Source of the DNA: an uncultured Armatimonadia bacterium
Lineage (GTDB): Bacteria; Armatimonadota; Zipacnadia; CAVVLO01
Direction of reading: 5' to 3'
NCBI GenBank assembly: GCA_963749155.1
Contig: CAVVLO010000001.1
Location: forward strand, 896,001 to 960,000
Length of the DNA stretch: 64,000 nucleotides
The notes beneath the pieces are model-generated. The model ran no database searches. It had not been told where the DNA came from and saw only the letters and a program-made list of their open reading frames with translations. Positions 53,584-63,234 of the stretch are shown one piece after another; the first letter of the stretch is position 1; every line of letters begins with the position of its first letter. Both the position numbers and the translations under genes were made by a program.

Positions 53584-55920
53584 CGTCAGCTCTCTCCTCC
53601 TGGGTCACTTCTGGGTTCGCAGCCGGCAGGCCGATTTCCTGCACGCGCTCCAAGGCCGTCTTAAAGCTGTCCGCACCGAGGGCCTTCCAGAGCCGGTGTA
53701 GTGCAGAGTTCACGGCGACCTGACTAACCTTCCTGCGTTTGGCTATCTCGGGCTGGCTCAGCCCCTGTCGCAGCAGTTCCAGACACTGAAGCTGCAATTT
53801 GGTCGGCTTGCCGACTCCAAGTTGTTCTGCCAGGTCGCCCTCTGCAAGCTGACGACAAGCGCGCACTAGCAGTTCGATTGAGGGTTCCTCTGGACTTAGC
53901 AAGCCAAGGTCGAGAGCCCTTGCAACTAGATGACCCACCTGATGGACTTTGAGCCTGGTGCTGGCCCTTTGTCTTCTGCCAGCCGCAGTAGCCTCGGGAT
54001 AACCGTTGGCCAGGCCCTCCTGGCTGACAGTGAGCCCGGCGGCCAGGGCGCGAAGGGAAATCAGTTCTTTTTGGGTAAGTAGAGTCGGCTGCTGCTTTGG
54101 CTTGCTGCACGCGGCCTTCGAGGGGCAGCAAGTCGCGCCACTGAGCGATCAGGGAAGCAGCAAGCACCGCAGCCTCCCGCTCATTCTCGGCACCCATCGC
54201 GTCAATCGCCCGGTTTCGAAGAGTATTAACCGTGGAGCTAGACACCTGGAATCGCTTGCGAATGGCTTTGTCGTTCAGGCCATCGGCTACCAGCGCCAGA
54301 TAAGCCAGTTGGCGTCGGGTGATCCTGGCGCAGAATTTACCCTTTCGGATCCTGCGCCACTGGAACCCGATCGGTAGCATAAATCGCTGCTCGGGCAGGT
54401 ATTTAAAGAGGACCCTGATACTCACTGCGCCTTGGGCAAGACCGACTTCGACCCGCTCGATCAGCGCTTCGCAGAGGGCCCGTCTGCGCTCTGGGGAGGC
54501 CTCTTCCCAAAGCCGGGGCAGATCGGCAAGCAGGCCTTCAACCTTCGCGAAGTCCTCTTCAAGAGTCCGGCGACTATCTCCCACTGCCATAAGCTCACTC
54601 AGTCGGCGCTCAAGCTTGAAAGCCTGCTCATTTACCTGTCTATCGATAGACTGAAGCAATTGTTCGCTGAGCGCGCCGTCAGTGTATTGCGCGGCAGCGG
54701 CATCTCGATGCTTCTGGAGTTTCGCCAGTTCATCTCGAACACGAGTCTCTTCGTTCCCGTTTGCATATTCTTTCTTAAACAAGCCAAGCGCAACGCGCCT
54801 GGCCTCCTCGAGCACCTCGGGCTTCGACGCATATTCCAATAGCAGGTCTCTGACACGCTGCTCGAGGAATTCGCCCCTCACGTAAGGTCTGGTCTCACAG
54901 TCTATATCGAGCTTTGGTCCTCTGCACCGGTAGCCATAATTCTTGCCCAGCCTGTGCACGAGCACCAGGCGACTTTTGCACTCGGCACACCAGGTCAGCC
55001 TGCCAAGCAAAGCCTCTGGACAACCGTGCGTTCGTCCAGAAAAGCGTCGTCTGGACCGGAGCAATTCCTGTATGCGAAAGAAAGTATTCGGGTCGACCAG
55101 CCGTTCATCCCAGTGAGCACCCTGTATATACTTTCCCTCGTGCGCGATCAGTCCAGCGTGCAGTGGATTCGTCAAGACCTTACTCACGGTATTTGCTCGC
55201 CAATAAGGTCCACCTTTCGGAGCGGGGATCCCCCTTGCCCGGATTTCTTTCGCAACCGCCTCCAGTCCGGAGCTTTGCTCATAGAGTTGGAAGATTAGTT
55301 TTACGACATCGGCCTCAGCCGGTTCTGCCACAATGCCTGGTCTTGCTCTACTTGGTGTCATTAGGATCACCTACCGGTCCAGTGTTGCGCCAGCCATAGC
55401 CTGGCCTTCCTGTGGGATAGCCGTCTTCTCGTCGCTGGCGCATGGCCGACTTCACATTCTCGGCTCCGATATTGGCAAACAATTCTGCGGCTAGCGCCAT
55501 GAAATGGGCTGCGAATTTGCCCATCGGGGTAGTCGTATCGAGACTGTCACTTACAGAAACCAGTGCTACACCAGACTCCTCTACACATTCATGAAAGAAA
55601 TCGAGCCAGACCCGAGCATTGCGCCCCAATCTGTCGAGACGCCAGAAGGCTACGACGTCGATTTCTCTGGCTTTCACAGCAGCCACCAGCGCAGCCAGTG
55701 CAGGCCTTAACCTGCGGGTCTGACCCGGCTTGTAGCCATACCGGCCCGATATCCCCTCATCGGCAAACACCTGCAAGGTATAGCCATCAACTCTATACAG
55801 CCGATCGAGGTGCTGCCGGCAGGCGGTCTCCTGGGACTCGAGCGAATAGCCGGACTGCACCTGCTCCTCGGTCGAGACCCTTTTGTATAGTCCTACTCTG
55901 GGTCTTGTAAGGGGTTTCAT
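53573..55920 (-). CDS. Large serine recombinase A with three putative C-terminal LuxR-type HTH domains; apparent indels near 55355 and 54105
   Basis: LYKRVSTEEQ, RPAL, WRLDRLGRN, PGYGW, LTNP..AG, LLGRLTWCAEC...YRC; then ITRRQLAYLALVADGL..., LTQKELISLRALAAGL... and PTKLQLQCLELLRQGLSQPEIA; stitched from three ORFs. Confidence 0.78.
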
Positions 55921-56013
55921 TTCGTTGCTCCTTTACTGAGAATTTCTGCCCTTTATGGGCTTTCAAAACGTGTATCAGGTACTCCATGCCATCGACGTTA
56001 TGCATTTCAATAT

Positions 56014-56042
56014 ATTATACATGAGTCGTACTGGTTTATAAA
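56014..56042 (-). promoter_or_regulatory. Putative sigma70 promoter of the recombinase operon
   Basis: Minus strand TTTATA-N17-TATAAT in an AT-rich tract about 95 nt upstream of ATG 55920. Confidence 0.5.
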
Positions 56043-56074
56043 GTACTGCACTTCTTATTAAACGTATTCTAAAC

Positions 56075-56260
56075 TCAGCACGAAGAATTACATAACTTAT
56101 CCTCTGCTGAAGCCTGCTCCGGTGCGTCTTGATCGGACTCTTGCCCCGCGTTCGCTTTGGGATTTGTTATCGCCTCGTAGACCATAGTTGCGAGCAGCTG
56201 GGCGAAGGCATGCCTGCTCTGCTCAGGATCATCCGACTGTTGATGACTGGGTTGCTGCAT
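56075..56260 (-). CDS. Small hypothetical protein (61 aa)
   Basis: AAGGGGGTGA RBS; central helix-like RHAFAQLLATMVYEAI; upstream of the recombinases. Confidence 0.5.
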   Translation of the reverse strand: MQQPSHQQSDDPEQSRHAFAQLLATMVYEAITNPKANAGQESDQDAPEQASAEDKLCNSSC

Positions 56261-56411
56261 TTGGGCTCACCCCCTTCGCTGCCTGGCTTTGCTTTTGGCG
56301 CTGCTTTGCCCGGCGCAGCACCTCGAGTACCAGCGCATAACGCCGTACGATATCCGGGGTGTGGACGAGTATCAGACTTGCTGTGTATCGACCTTCTCTT
56401 TCCATCTGCAT
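56229..56411 (-). CDS. Small basic hypothetical protein (60 aa)
   Basis: ATG with upstream GGGGA; RRYALVLEVLRRAKQRQK helix; overlaps the next ORF. Confidence 0.45.
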   Translation of the reverse strand: MQMEREGRYTASLILVHTPDIVRRYALVLEVLRRAKQRQKQSQAAKGVSPNAATQSSTVG

Positions 56412-56495
56412 AATGTTTTCGTCCCCAGGCTTGACTTTCTATTTCTACTGTATATGGTTAGTTGTGAGGCGACGGCGGGCTAGATTTTGGGCTAG

Positions 56496-57713
56496 ATGAT
56501 GGAGGAGATAGTCGTGAGTATGCCAGTTCAACTGTGGGCGCCTAAGACGCCTACGAATCCGATCTTCCCAAGGGCACAGGCAGACTTGGAGGCAGCTTTC
56601 CGTTTGTGGCAGGGCGAGATACGAATCTATTTCCACGATTTTTGCGATCAGACCAGGCGTTTCGTAACCGAAAAGACCGTGCAGGATGTAGGGCTCCCCC
56701 AGGCACTCGTTCCGGGCCAGGAATTGCGGATCTTGGACGTGGTGCACATTGATGAGCAGCTAGGTGTATGGCCGCCAGTTGACATGGGGCCGGATGTTCC
56801 CGAACTGAACCGAGTCTCAGCGTCTCTGTACCAGCAATGGGCTGACTCTCGGCTACTCATTTTGAGAGGGAGAAAGAGTTTTCGTTGGAGGCTGCCTGCA
56901 GTGAGGAACGGAGAGCTGGCTTGGGAGGATTTCGATATCTCGATGCCGCCCGGACCCGTTGCGGACCTGATAGCAGAGGAGGGAGACGAAGGTCTCATCA
57001 AGATCCGTTTTGGTTCCGGACTGGCGGGACGCCCAACGGTTAGCCTCGAGCTCGAACAACTCGAGCAGCACGGGAACCTGCGATGGGAAGAAGACCATGA
57101 ATTATCTGAGGAATGGGATGTTGTGGTGTCGCAAGATGCCCCCGACATACCCGCGATATACCTAACGCACAGATGGCCCAGCCCCTTCGATGTTATGTTC
57201 CCCTTTGTGGGACTCGACATACTGCATAGCTGGGGCACTATGCAAATAGCACTTGAGAACATAAGAGAAGGTCGCACTGAACTGGCACTTAAAGCCGCCT
57301 GTGAGGTTGTAGAGTCGCGGACAGCCGAGGTAGGTGTAGAGTTATGCTACGCCTGGTTCTTGCCGAAGCTCTCGTTAAGTCCGCAGGAGGCGCTCATGGC
57401 ACTAGAAAACCGCTTTGGGCTGGTATTCTCTACACTGGACAAGGTTTTCCAATCGGCTGAAGCAATGCGGCTGTTGTCCACACCCATTCCAGTCAGAAGG
57501 GTGGTAGGCTGGGACGGTTACTTATGGTGGCGTTTGTATGAGGACCTGCAATCAGGCATGGGATTCGGGGTTTGTCGTCGCTGCGGGCAACCGCTCATCG
57601 GTGTCACGAGCGCAAGGCGATTCTGCTCAAGAGCAGAAAACGAGGAGTGCTACCTTGCCCGACGGGCTGCTTCGCAGAGGGAGCGCTATAAGAGAACGAG
57701 GAACCACACTTAA
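56496..57713 (+). CDS. Hypothetical protein with C-terminal CGNR-like zinc finger
   Basis: 405-aa ORF ending CRRCGQPL......RRFCS......C..ARRAASQRERYKR. Confidence 0.7.
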   Translation: MMEEIVVSMPVQLWAPKTPTNPIFPRAQADLEAAFRLWQGEIRIYFHDFCDQTRRFVTEKTVQDVGLPQALVPGQELRILDVVHIDEQLGVWPPVDMGPDVPELNRVSASLYQQWADSRLLILRGRKSFRWRLPAVRNGELAWEDFDISMPPGPVADLIAEEGDEGLIKIRFGSGLAGRPTVSLELEQLEQHGNLRWEEDHELSEEWDVVVSQDAPDIPAIYLTHRWPSPFDVMFPFVGLDILHSWGTMQIALENIREGRTELALKAACEVVESRTAEVGVELCYAWFLPKLSLSPQEALMALENRFGLVFSTLDKVFQSAEAMRLLSTPIPVRRVVGWDGYLWWRLYEDLQSGMGFGVCRRCGQPLIGVTSARRFCSRAENEECYLARRAASQRERYKRTRNHT

Positions 57714-58026
57714 CAGTTTGCGACAGCGCACCGGCGCTACCCCATTGTGGGGGTAGCCTGCAACCTGGCTTGAGGAGAACTCCCCCTTCCTATCTCTGAG
57801 CTAGCAAGGCGCTCTACAGCGCCGTTTACAGCGAGCAGGACACTGCCGTGTTGTATCCTACTTGATATCGCAAGGCTCCATGTACCGGGCGTTTTCAAGT
57901 CCTGCATCACCATCACCAACCTGAGTGTGGCATCGGTAGAAAACGCGACAACGAAAACTGCGTTTTCTAAGCTGGTGGGGCTTGAAAGCTCCTCGGCCGC
58001 TCCCGAAGGCCGGGTTCGGTCTTCAG

Positions 58027-58107
58027 TTGGGGCGTCCTGGGCCAGCAGCGATCGCTGACTTCGCTAGCAAAGTGGCGCTGCTTCGAATCGCACTGCTCCC
58101 AGCCATC
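58027..58107 (+). other. Degenerate tRNA-like sequence containing the putative attR core
   Basis: Begins TTGGGGCGT like tRNA-Gln; has TTCGAATC and CCCAGCCA at near-tRNA spacing; D and anticodon arms not recognisable. Confidence 0.55.
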
Positions 58108-58428
58108 GTGATGCAATACCTGGCGTAGCAGCCATAATGGCCTCCTCCATGTCCGCCTGGCGGATCGCTGGCGATCAGTCGGTCTCTGGATCCGGCCGCC
58201 CTCTTAGCTGCCCTGGCAGGATTTACGGCTGGCATAATGCTCACCTGTTGATGTCACAGCTGCCAGTCAAGGGGCTCCGGGGGGCAGGCGACCTGGGCAC
58301 CCGGACACTGAGGCCACGGGGGAGCTGTCTCGTTATCAGCAGGTATGCACAGCCCTGCAACGAAACCAGCATTAGGACGACAGCCAGAACGTGTGCGACT
58401 TAAGGCGCACCGGGGAGGCCATCGGGTC

Positions 58429-60732
58429 GTGGCAAGGAGACGTCTGGGCACTCAACCAAACCCCGCCAACCCCAAGAACTGGCTAACGGGCGCGAGCAAG
58501 ACCATCGTGCTGTTGATGGTCTTCCTGGTGCCGCTTGCCATCTGGCCGGGCACGGCGAACGCCAACGCCATCAAGGACCTGCTCTTCGGCCTCGGCTCGA
58601 TCGCGCTTGCAGTCCTCCTGACGGTCCGCTTGATGCGCGGGGAGCGGCTCAGGCTGGGACGTTCGCCCCTGTTCCTGCCCCTTGCCTGCATGCTCGCCTG
58701 GGATGTCGTCTCGGGGCTGCTGTCAGGCTATCTGTACGCCAGTCTCACTGCCCTCGGCCACCTCGCCGGTTACGCGCTGCTCTATATCGCGGTCGTTGAT
58801 CTGGCGGCCGAGAGAGGGCAACTGGGCCGGCTGCTGGCAGTGGTGATGAGCGCGTCACTGTTGACCTGCGTCTACGGGTTGCTCCAGCACTGGGGCATCG
58901 ACTGGATTGAGTGGTACCCGAGGGAACTACGCCTGCTCTCCTCCTTCGGTAATCCCACCTTCTTTGCGGCCTGGCTGGTACTGTTGCTTCCACTGGCGGT
59001 GGTGTTGCACGTGCAGGCGGAGACGAGGGCAGGGCGGCTCGCCGCCGGCACGCTGGCCCTGCTGATGTATGTCTGCCTGCTCTTCACCTACACGCGGGCG
59101 GCGTGGCTTGGGCTGGCGCTGGGGCTCGTGGTTACTGGGCTTCTGCTCAGCCTGAAGCGAGCAACCACGGAAGAAACCGGGAAGGCGTGGTACCTGAGGA
59201 TCGGCTGGCTGGCTTTCGCCTTCGCGGTGGCGACCCTTTGGACACTCGGCCACAGTCCCGTGTCGATGTCCTCACGACTTGCCTCTTCGTTCCAGACGAA
59301 CGAAGCCTCGAACGTGCAGCGCCTTGGTATCTGGCATGGGGCGCTTGCGATGTTCAAGGCCCATCCCGTCACGGGCGCGGGCCTTGGCACCTTCGAGATC
59401 CACTTCCCCGAGTTCGAGTCGCCCGAGTTCTACTCGACCGGCGCCGCGACGATGGTGGATCACGCCCACAACGAGTTCCTGGAGACCGCGGCCGAGACGG
59501 GCCTCATCGGGCTGGGGCTGCTCCTCTGGCTTGCAGTTGCCTGCGTCGTGACGGCGGTGAGGGCGGCTCGCCTGGCCGAGGCCCGCTGGCGCTACCTTGC
59601 CAGCGGGGCGCTTGGCGGGCTTGTGGCGTTCATGGTGCAGAACCTGGCAGGCGTGACGCTAAGGTGGGTGTTCGGCGGCCTGTTCTTCTGGTTGCTGCTC
59701 GCGCTAGTTACGGTGGCAGAACAGCAGAGCCGGAGTAACCGCAGCGAAGCTCCTGGCACCTCAGTTATCACAGCCAGAGGGAACGCCTGGCCGGCCAGCC
59801 GGCTGGCAGCAGCGTCGGTAGTGATAGCCCTGGCCGCAGTCCTCGGCAGCGTAGCGGTGGTGCGCGCCTTCGCTGCTGGCTACCACCTGAAGCAGGGAAG
59901 ACTACGCCAACGAACAGAGCGTGTGGGAGCTTGCCGGGACGCAGCTCACCGAGGCCCTCAGGCTGGATCCGTACTCGCTGGACGCCTACTACCAGCTGGG
60001 CCACGTGCTCAACATGACCGGCGATTATGAGGGGGCGCTCTCAGCATACCAGTCGCTTGGCCGCCTGGCGCCGAACTACGGGCGCCTGCACTTCAACCTG
60101 GGAGTCGTCTACTCGAACCTGGGCGATACCGCGCAGGCTGTGGCTGAGTATAGGCGGGCCGTTGCGCTCGAGGACTCGCCCAGCGCTCACCTGGCGCTTG
60201 CCGAAGGTCTCATGGCCGAGGGGCAGGGCGAGGAGGCGCTCGAAGAGGCAGGCCTGGCGATCGCCAAGCTCGACAAGCAAGGTCCGGCCCCGGCGCTGAT
60301 CCTGGGGACGCCTATCTGCGCCGGGGCAAGCTCAGATATGCCGAGAAGCAATACGCGGGAGCTGAACAGGACTACCGCAAGTGTCTGGAGCTGACACCAG
60401 AGAGCAAGCTGGCCCGGTTCTACCTGGGCAACCTGTACCGAGCCCAGCGGCGATCCGCCGAGGCCCTTGCCCAGTACCAGAAGGCGCTGGAACTGGACCC
60501 CACTGACGCGCGAGTCCTCACGAACCTGGGCGCTGTGTACATCGACGAGGGCAAGTGGTCGGAGGCCGAGGTGCAGCTCCTAAAGGCCCTCAAGCTCTCC
60601 CCAAACGATGAAAGGGCGCGTTACAACCTGGCCCTCGTCTATCAGAAACAGGGCCTCGTCGCCAAGGCTCAAGCAGAACTGGACAAGCTGGGGCGCCCGG
60701 AGCTCTTGGATCAGCCGGATGGGCCTTCGTAA
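58429..60732 (+). CDS. O-antigen ligase (Wzy_C)-like membrane protein with C-terminal TPRs; apparent indels near 59905 and 60300
   Basis: YGLLQ, SSFGNP..FA, TYTRAAWLG, R..IW, HP.TG.G.G.F, HAHNE.L...AETG..G; TPR repeats follow in shifted frames; GTG start after GGGGAGG. Confidence 0.85.
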
Positions 60733-60844
60733 CGACCTTTGCACGAGTTCGAGTAGTCGACTCACGCCTGCCGCTCCCTTCTCCTCGCACTCACATCTAA
60801 TACTTCCAGGATCTGCCATCGCCAGGCTAGTGGTACAACCGGGG

Positions 60845-60872
60845 TTGACACCTCAGCGGACCGGTCTATAAT
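60845..60872 (+). promoter_or_regulatory. Consensus sigma70 promoter
   Basis: TTGACA-N16-TATAAT. Confidence 0.7.
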
Positions 60873-60975
60873 CGAAGGTAGTAACCTGTTGGTTTCCAGC
60901 ACACACTTTGAATTACGTTGTAAAGACGCTGTTTGTAAAAGTAGGTGTTTCGTCCCAACCAAGGAGGAAGCCCCG

Positions 60976-61714
60976 ATGTCAGGCTCGAGACGCTGGGCAG
61001 CGTTTGCCCTGGTCACAGTGCTCCTTACGGTGGTCACGCTCCTCGTTCTGTGGTACCCGGTCCTCGCCGACGGGCTGAAGGACGCCCAGCAGGCCTCCTG
61101 CATCGCCAACCTCAAGAAGATCATCCTCGCAACCAGAATGTACTGCAGCGACTGGGACGGCGCTTACCCCAACTCCGCCCTTACCGGCGCAAGCTACTCC
61201 GAGGCCTATGGCGGCGAGTTGCCGAAGAACATGCAGTTCGAGCGCCAGCGGAAGGGCTGGCCCGTGGCGCTGGCGCCTTACCTGGCCGACTCGCAGGTGC
61301 TGTGGTGTCCTGCTGACGGCGACCTCGCTGAGCACTGCCCCAGATGCCGAGGTGTCCTACTGGTTTCGCCACGCCCTGGACATCGGCCCTCTCTACCACT
61401 GGGGTCGGCCGCTCTCGGTGTCCGACATGGCCTTCGCCGATAGGCAGTTCCTCTTCTACGAGCATAGCGACTGGCACGGCGCGGGCGTTGGCCTTGGTAC
61501 TGGCATCGCCGGTGCCGGCGGCCACGGGCCCGACCTCGACGGCATCACCTCGGTGACGATCAACTGCGCCTTCGCGGACGGCCACGCGGCCGCGCTCGAG
61601 CTTGGGCCCGGCCTCTCTTCCGCAGGCAAGACCATCGATGCCAACTGGTTCACCTCGACCACTGACCCCTCCGACCCAACGGCCCTGTGGAACCCGAAGA
61701 TCAGCCTCGACTAG
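60976..61714 (+). CDS. Atypical prepilin-like/DUF1559-like protein; apparent indel near 61330
   Basis: AAGGAGG RBS; hydrophobic N-terminus then YPVLA.....AQQASCIANLKKI..A..MY..DWDG.YP, WCPAD, and C-terminal WH...INCAFADGH. Confidence 0.78.
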
Positions 61715-61771
61715 CGGGCGTTGGTAGACGCATCGAGGAAGGCGCGAATAGCCGTGCGGGGGTGGATGGCA

Positions 61772-63219
61772 ATGAGGAAGACAGCAGTTGGCCTGCTGGC
61801 ACTGAGTCTGACTATGATGCTGGTTGCCGGGATGAGCGCCGTTGCTGGCGCGGCACCCGAGGGGCTCCAGGAGGCCATCGCCTTGCTGGGGCAGGGGCGG
61901 TACCAAGAGGCCCAGGCGGCTTGCGAGGGGCAGTTCTTGCAAGGGCCGGCCGGGGAAGCGGCTGCCCGGCTCGTGCTTGCGGAGATCTGGGCCGCCCAGG
62001 GCCAGTTCGACAGCGCGGTAGAGCAGGCCTCGAAGGCACACGACCTCGCAAGCGGTCTGCAGCCGGCAGACGCGGCGCTTACCGCCCAGGCCGAAGCCGC
62101 GATGGCGCGGCATAGCGGCGATGCAGCAGACCTTCGACGACCGGGTCGCCAAGCTTCAGGCGGATGTGGCCGCAGGGGCTGGCACGCCCAAGGGCTGGCA
62201 GGCCCAGCTTGCGCTGGGTGACACCTTCACGCTCAACGGACACTTCGATGACGCCCTCGAACAGTATGGAACTCTCTCTCAGGCAACGCCAATCAGCATT
62301 TGGGCTGAGCGAGCCGCTGCCAGGATGGGGCTGGTCTACGACGCCACCGGCAAGCCTGACGAGGCGCGCCAGGCCTACCTGCTGTGCGGACTCGCTGGGC
62401 GGGCAGTTGCGCTACGAGGCAGTGGGCAAGGCCCAGGTTGCCCAGTATCAGGCGACCCTCGCCGCGAGCCCGGGCGACGACGAGGCGGCCGAGGTACGCT
62501 ACAAGATTGCCTGCATATACGCCCAGTACCTGATGTACGATCAGGCTATCGCGGAGCTGGTCGGCCTCATCGACACGTACCCCACCAGCAAGCCGGCCGC
62601 CAAGGGCCTGTCCCTGCTCACCACGCTCTTCATCCAGTCAGAGCGCCCCGACGAGGCGGTCGAGGTGCTGGTGCCACTGGTCGATGACCACTACGCGGAC
62701 GACTCAGCCGTGCTCGTGGGGTTGTGCGGGGTATACCGGCGCGCCGGTGGCACCACCGATGCGGAAAGCACAGCCAAGGGCGTGCTGAGAGACTACCCCG
62801 ACAGCGAGCAGGTCGCTGGGGCTGTCACCGAGTTGAAGGCGACCTACGAGGCCGCTGGGAACACCCCAGAGGCAACAGCAGGCAAGCTCAGAGCCTTACC
62901 GAGTGCCTACCCAGGCCCCGAGGTCGGCCCTGCAGTGGACGAGGGGATCGAGCAGCTCGCCTCAGCCTACTACTACCAGGGCACGGGCCTGGCCGCCGAG
63001 GACAAGTACGCCGAGGCCTTGGCTCTATTCGACAAGGCCCTCGCCCTGAGGCCGCCGGCCGACACTGGCCCCAAGGCGGCCTATCAGAAGGCCATCTGCT
63101 ACCACGCCCTGGGTGACGACCCCCAGGCCATCGCGGCCTTCAAGGCAGTGATCCAGGAGTACCCGGATGCTTATCTGGCCATCAGGGCTGCGAACTGGAT
63201 CGCGCGGCTCGGGGGCTAG
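61772..63219 (+). CDS. Secreted TPR-repeat protein (BamD/YbgF-like repeats); apparent indels near 62110 and 62395
   Basis: Signal peptide MRKTAVGLLALSL...AVAGA; repeats such as YDQAIAELVGLIDTYPTS and QAIAAFKAVIQEYPDA across three ORFs. Confidence 0.75.
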
Positions 63220-63234
63220 TGAGGCAGGAGCAAT

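Larger units (their letters stand above)
52007..58107. mobile_element. ~6.1 kb integrative element with tandem large serine recombinases at the tRNA-Gln 3' end
   Basis: Recombinase genes abut the tRNA; 10-bp direct repeat CCCAGCCATC at 52007-52016 and 58098-58107; right boundary inferred from this repeat. Confidence 0.75.

Noticed and set aside
57737..57919. 60-aa minus-strand ORF near the right element end
   Set aside because: No clear RBS or motif; it could be an att-split remnant but cannot be supported
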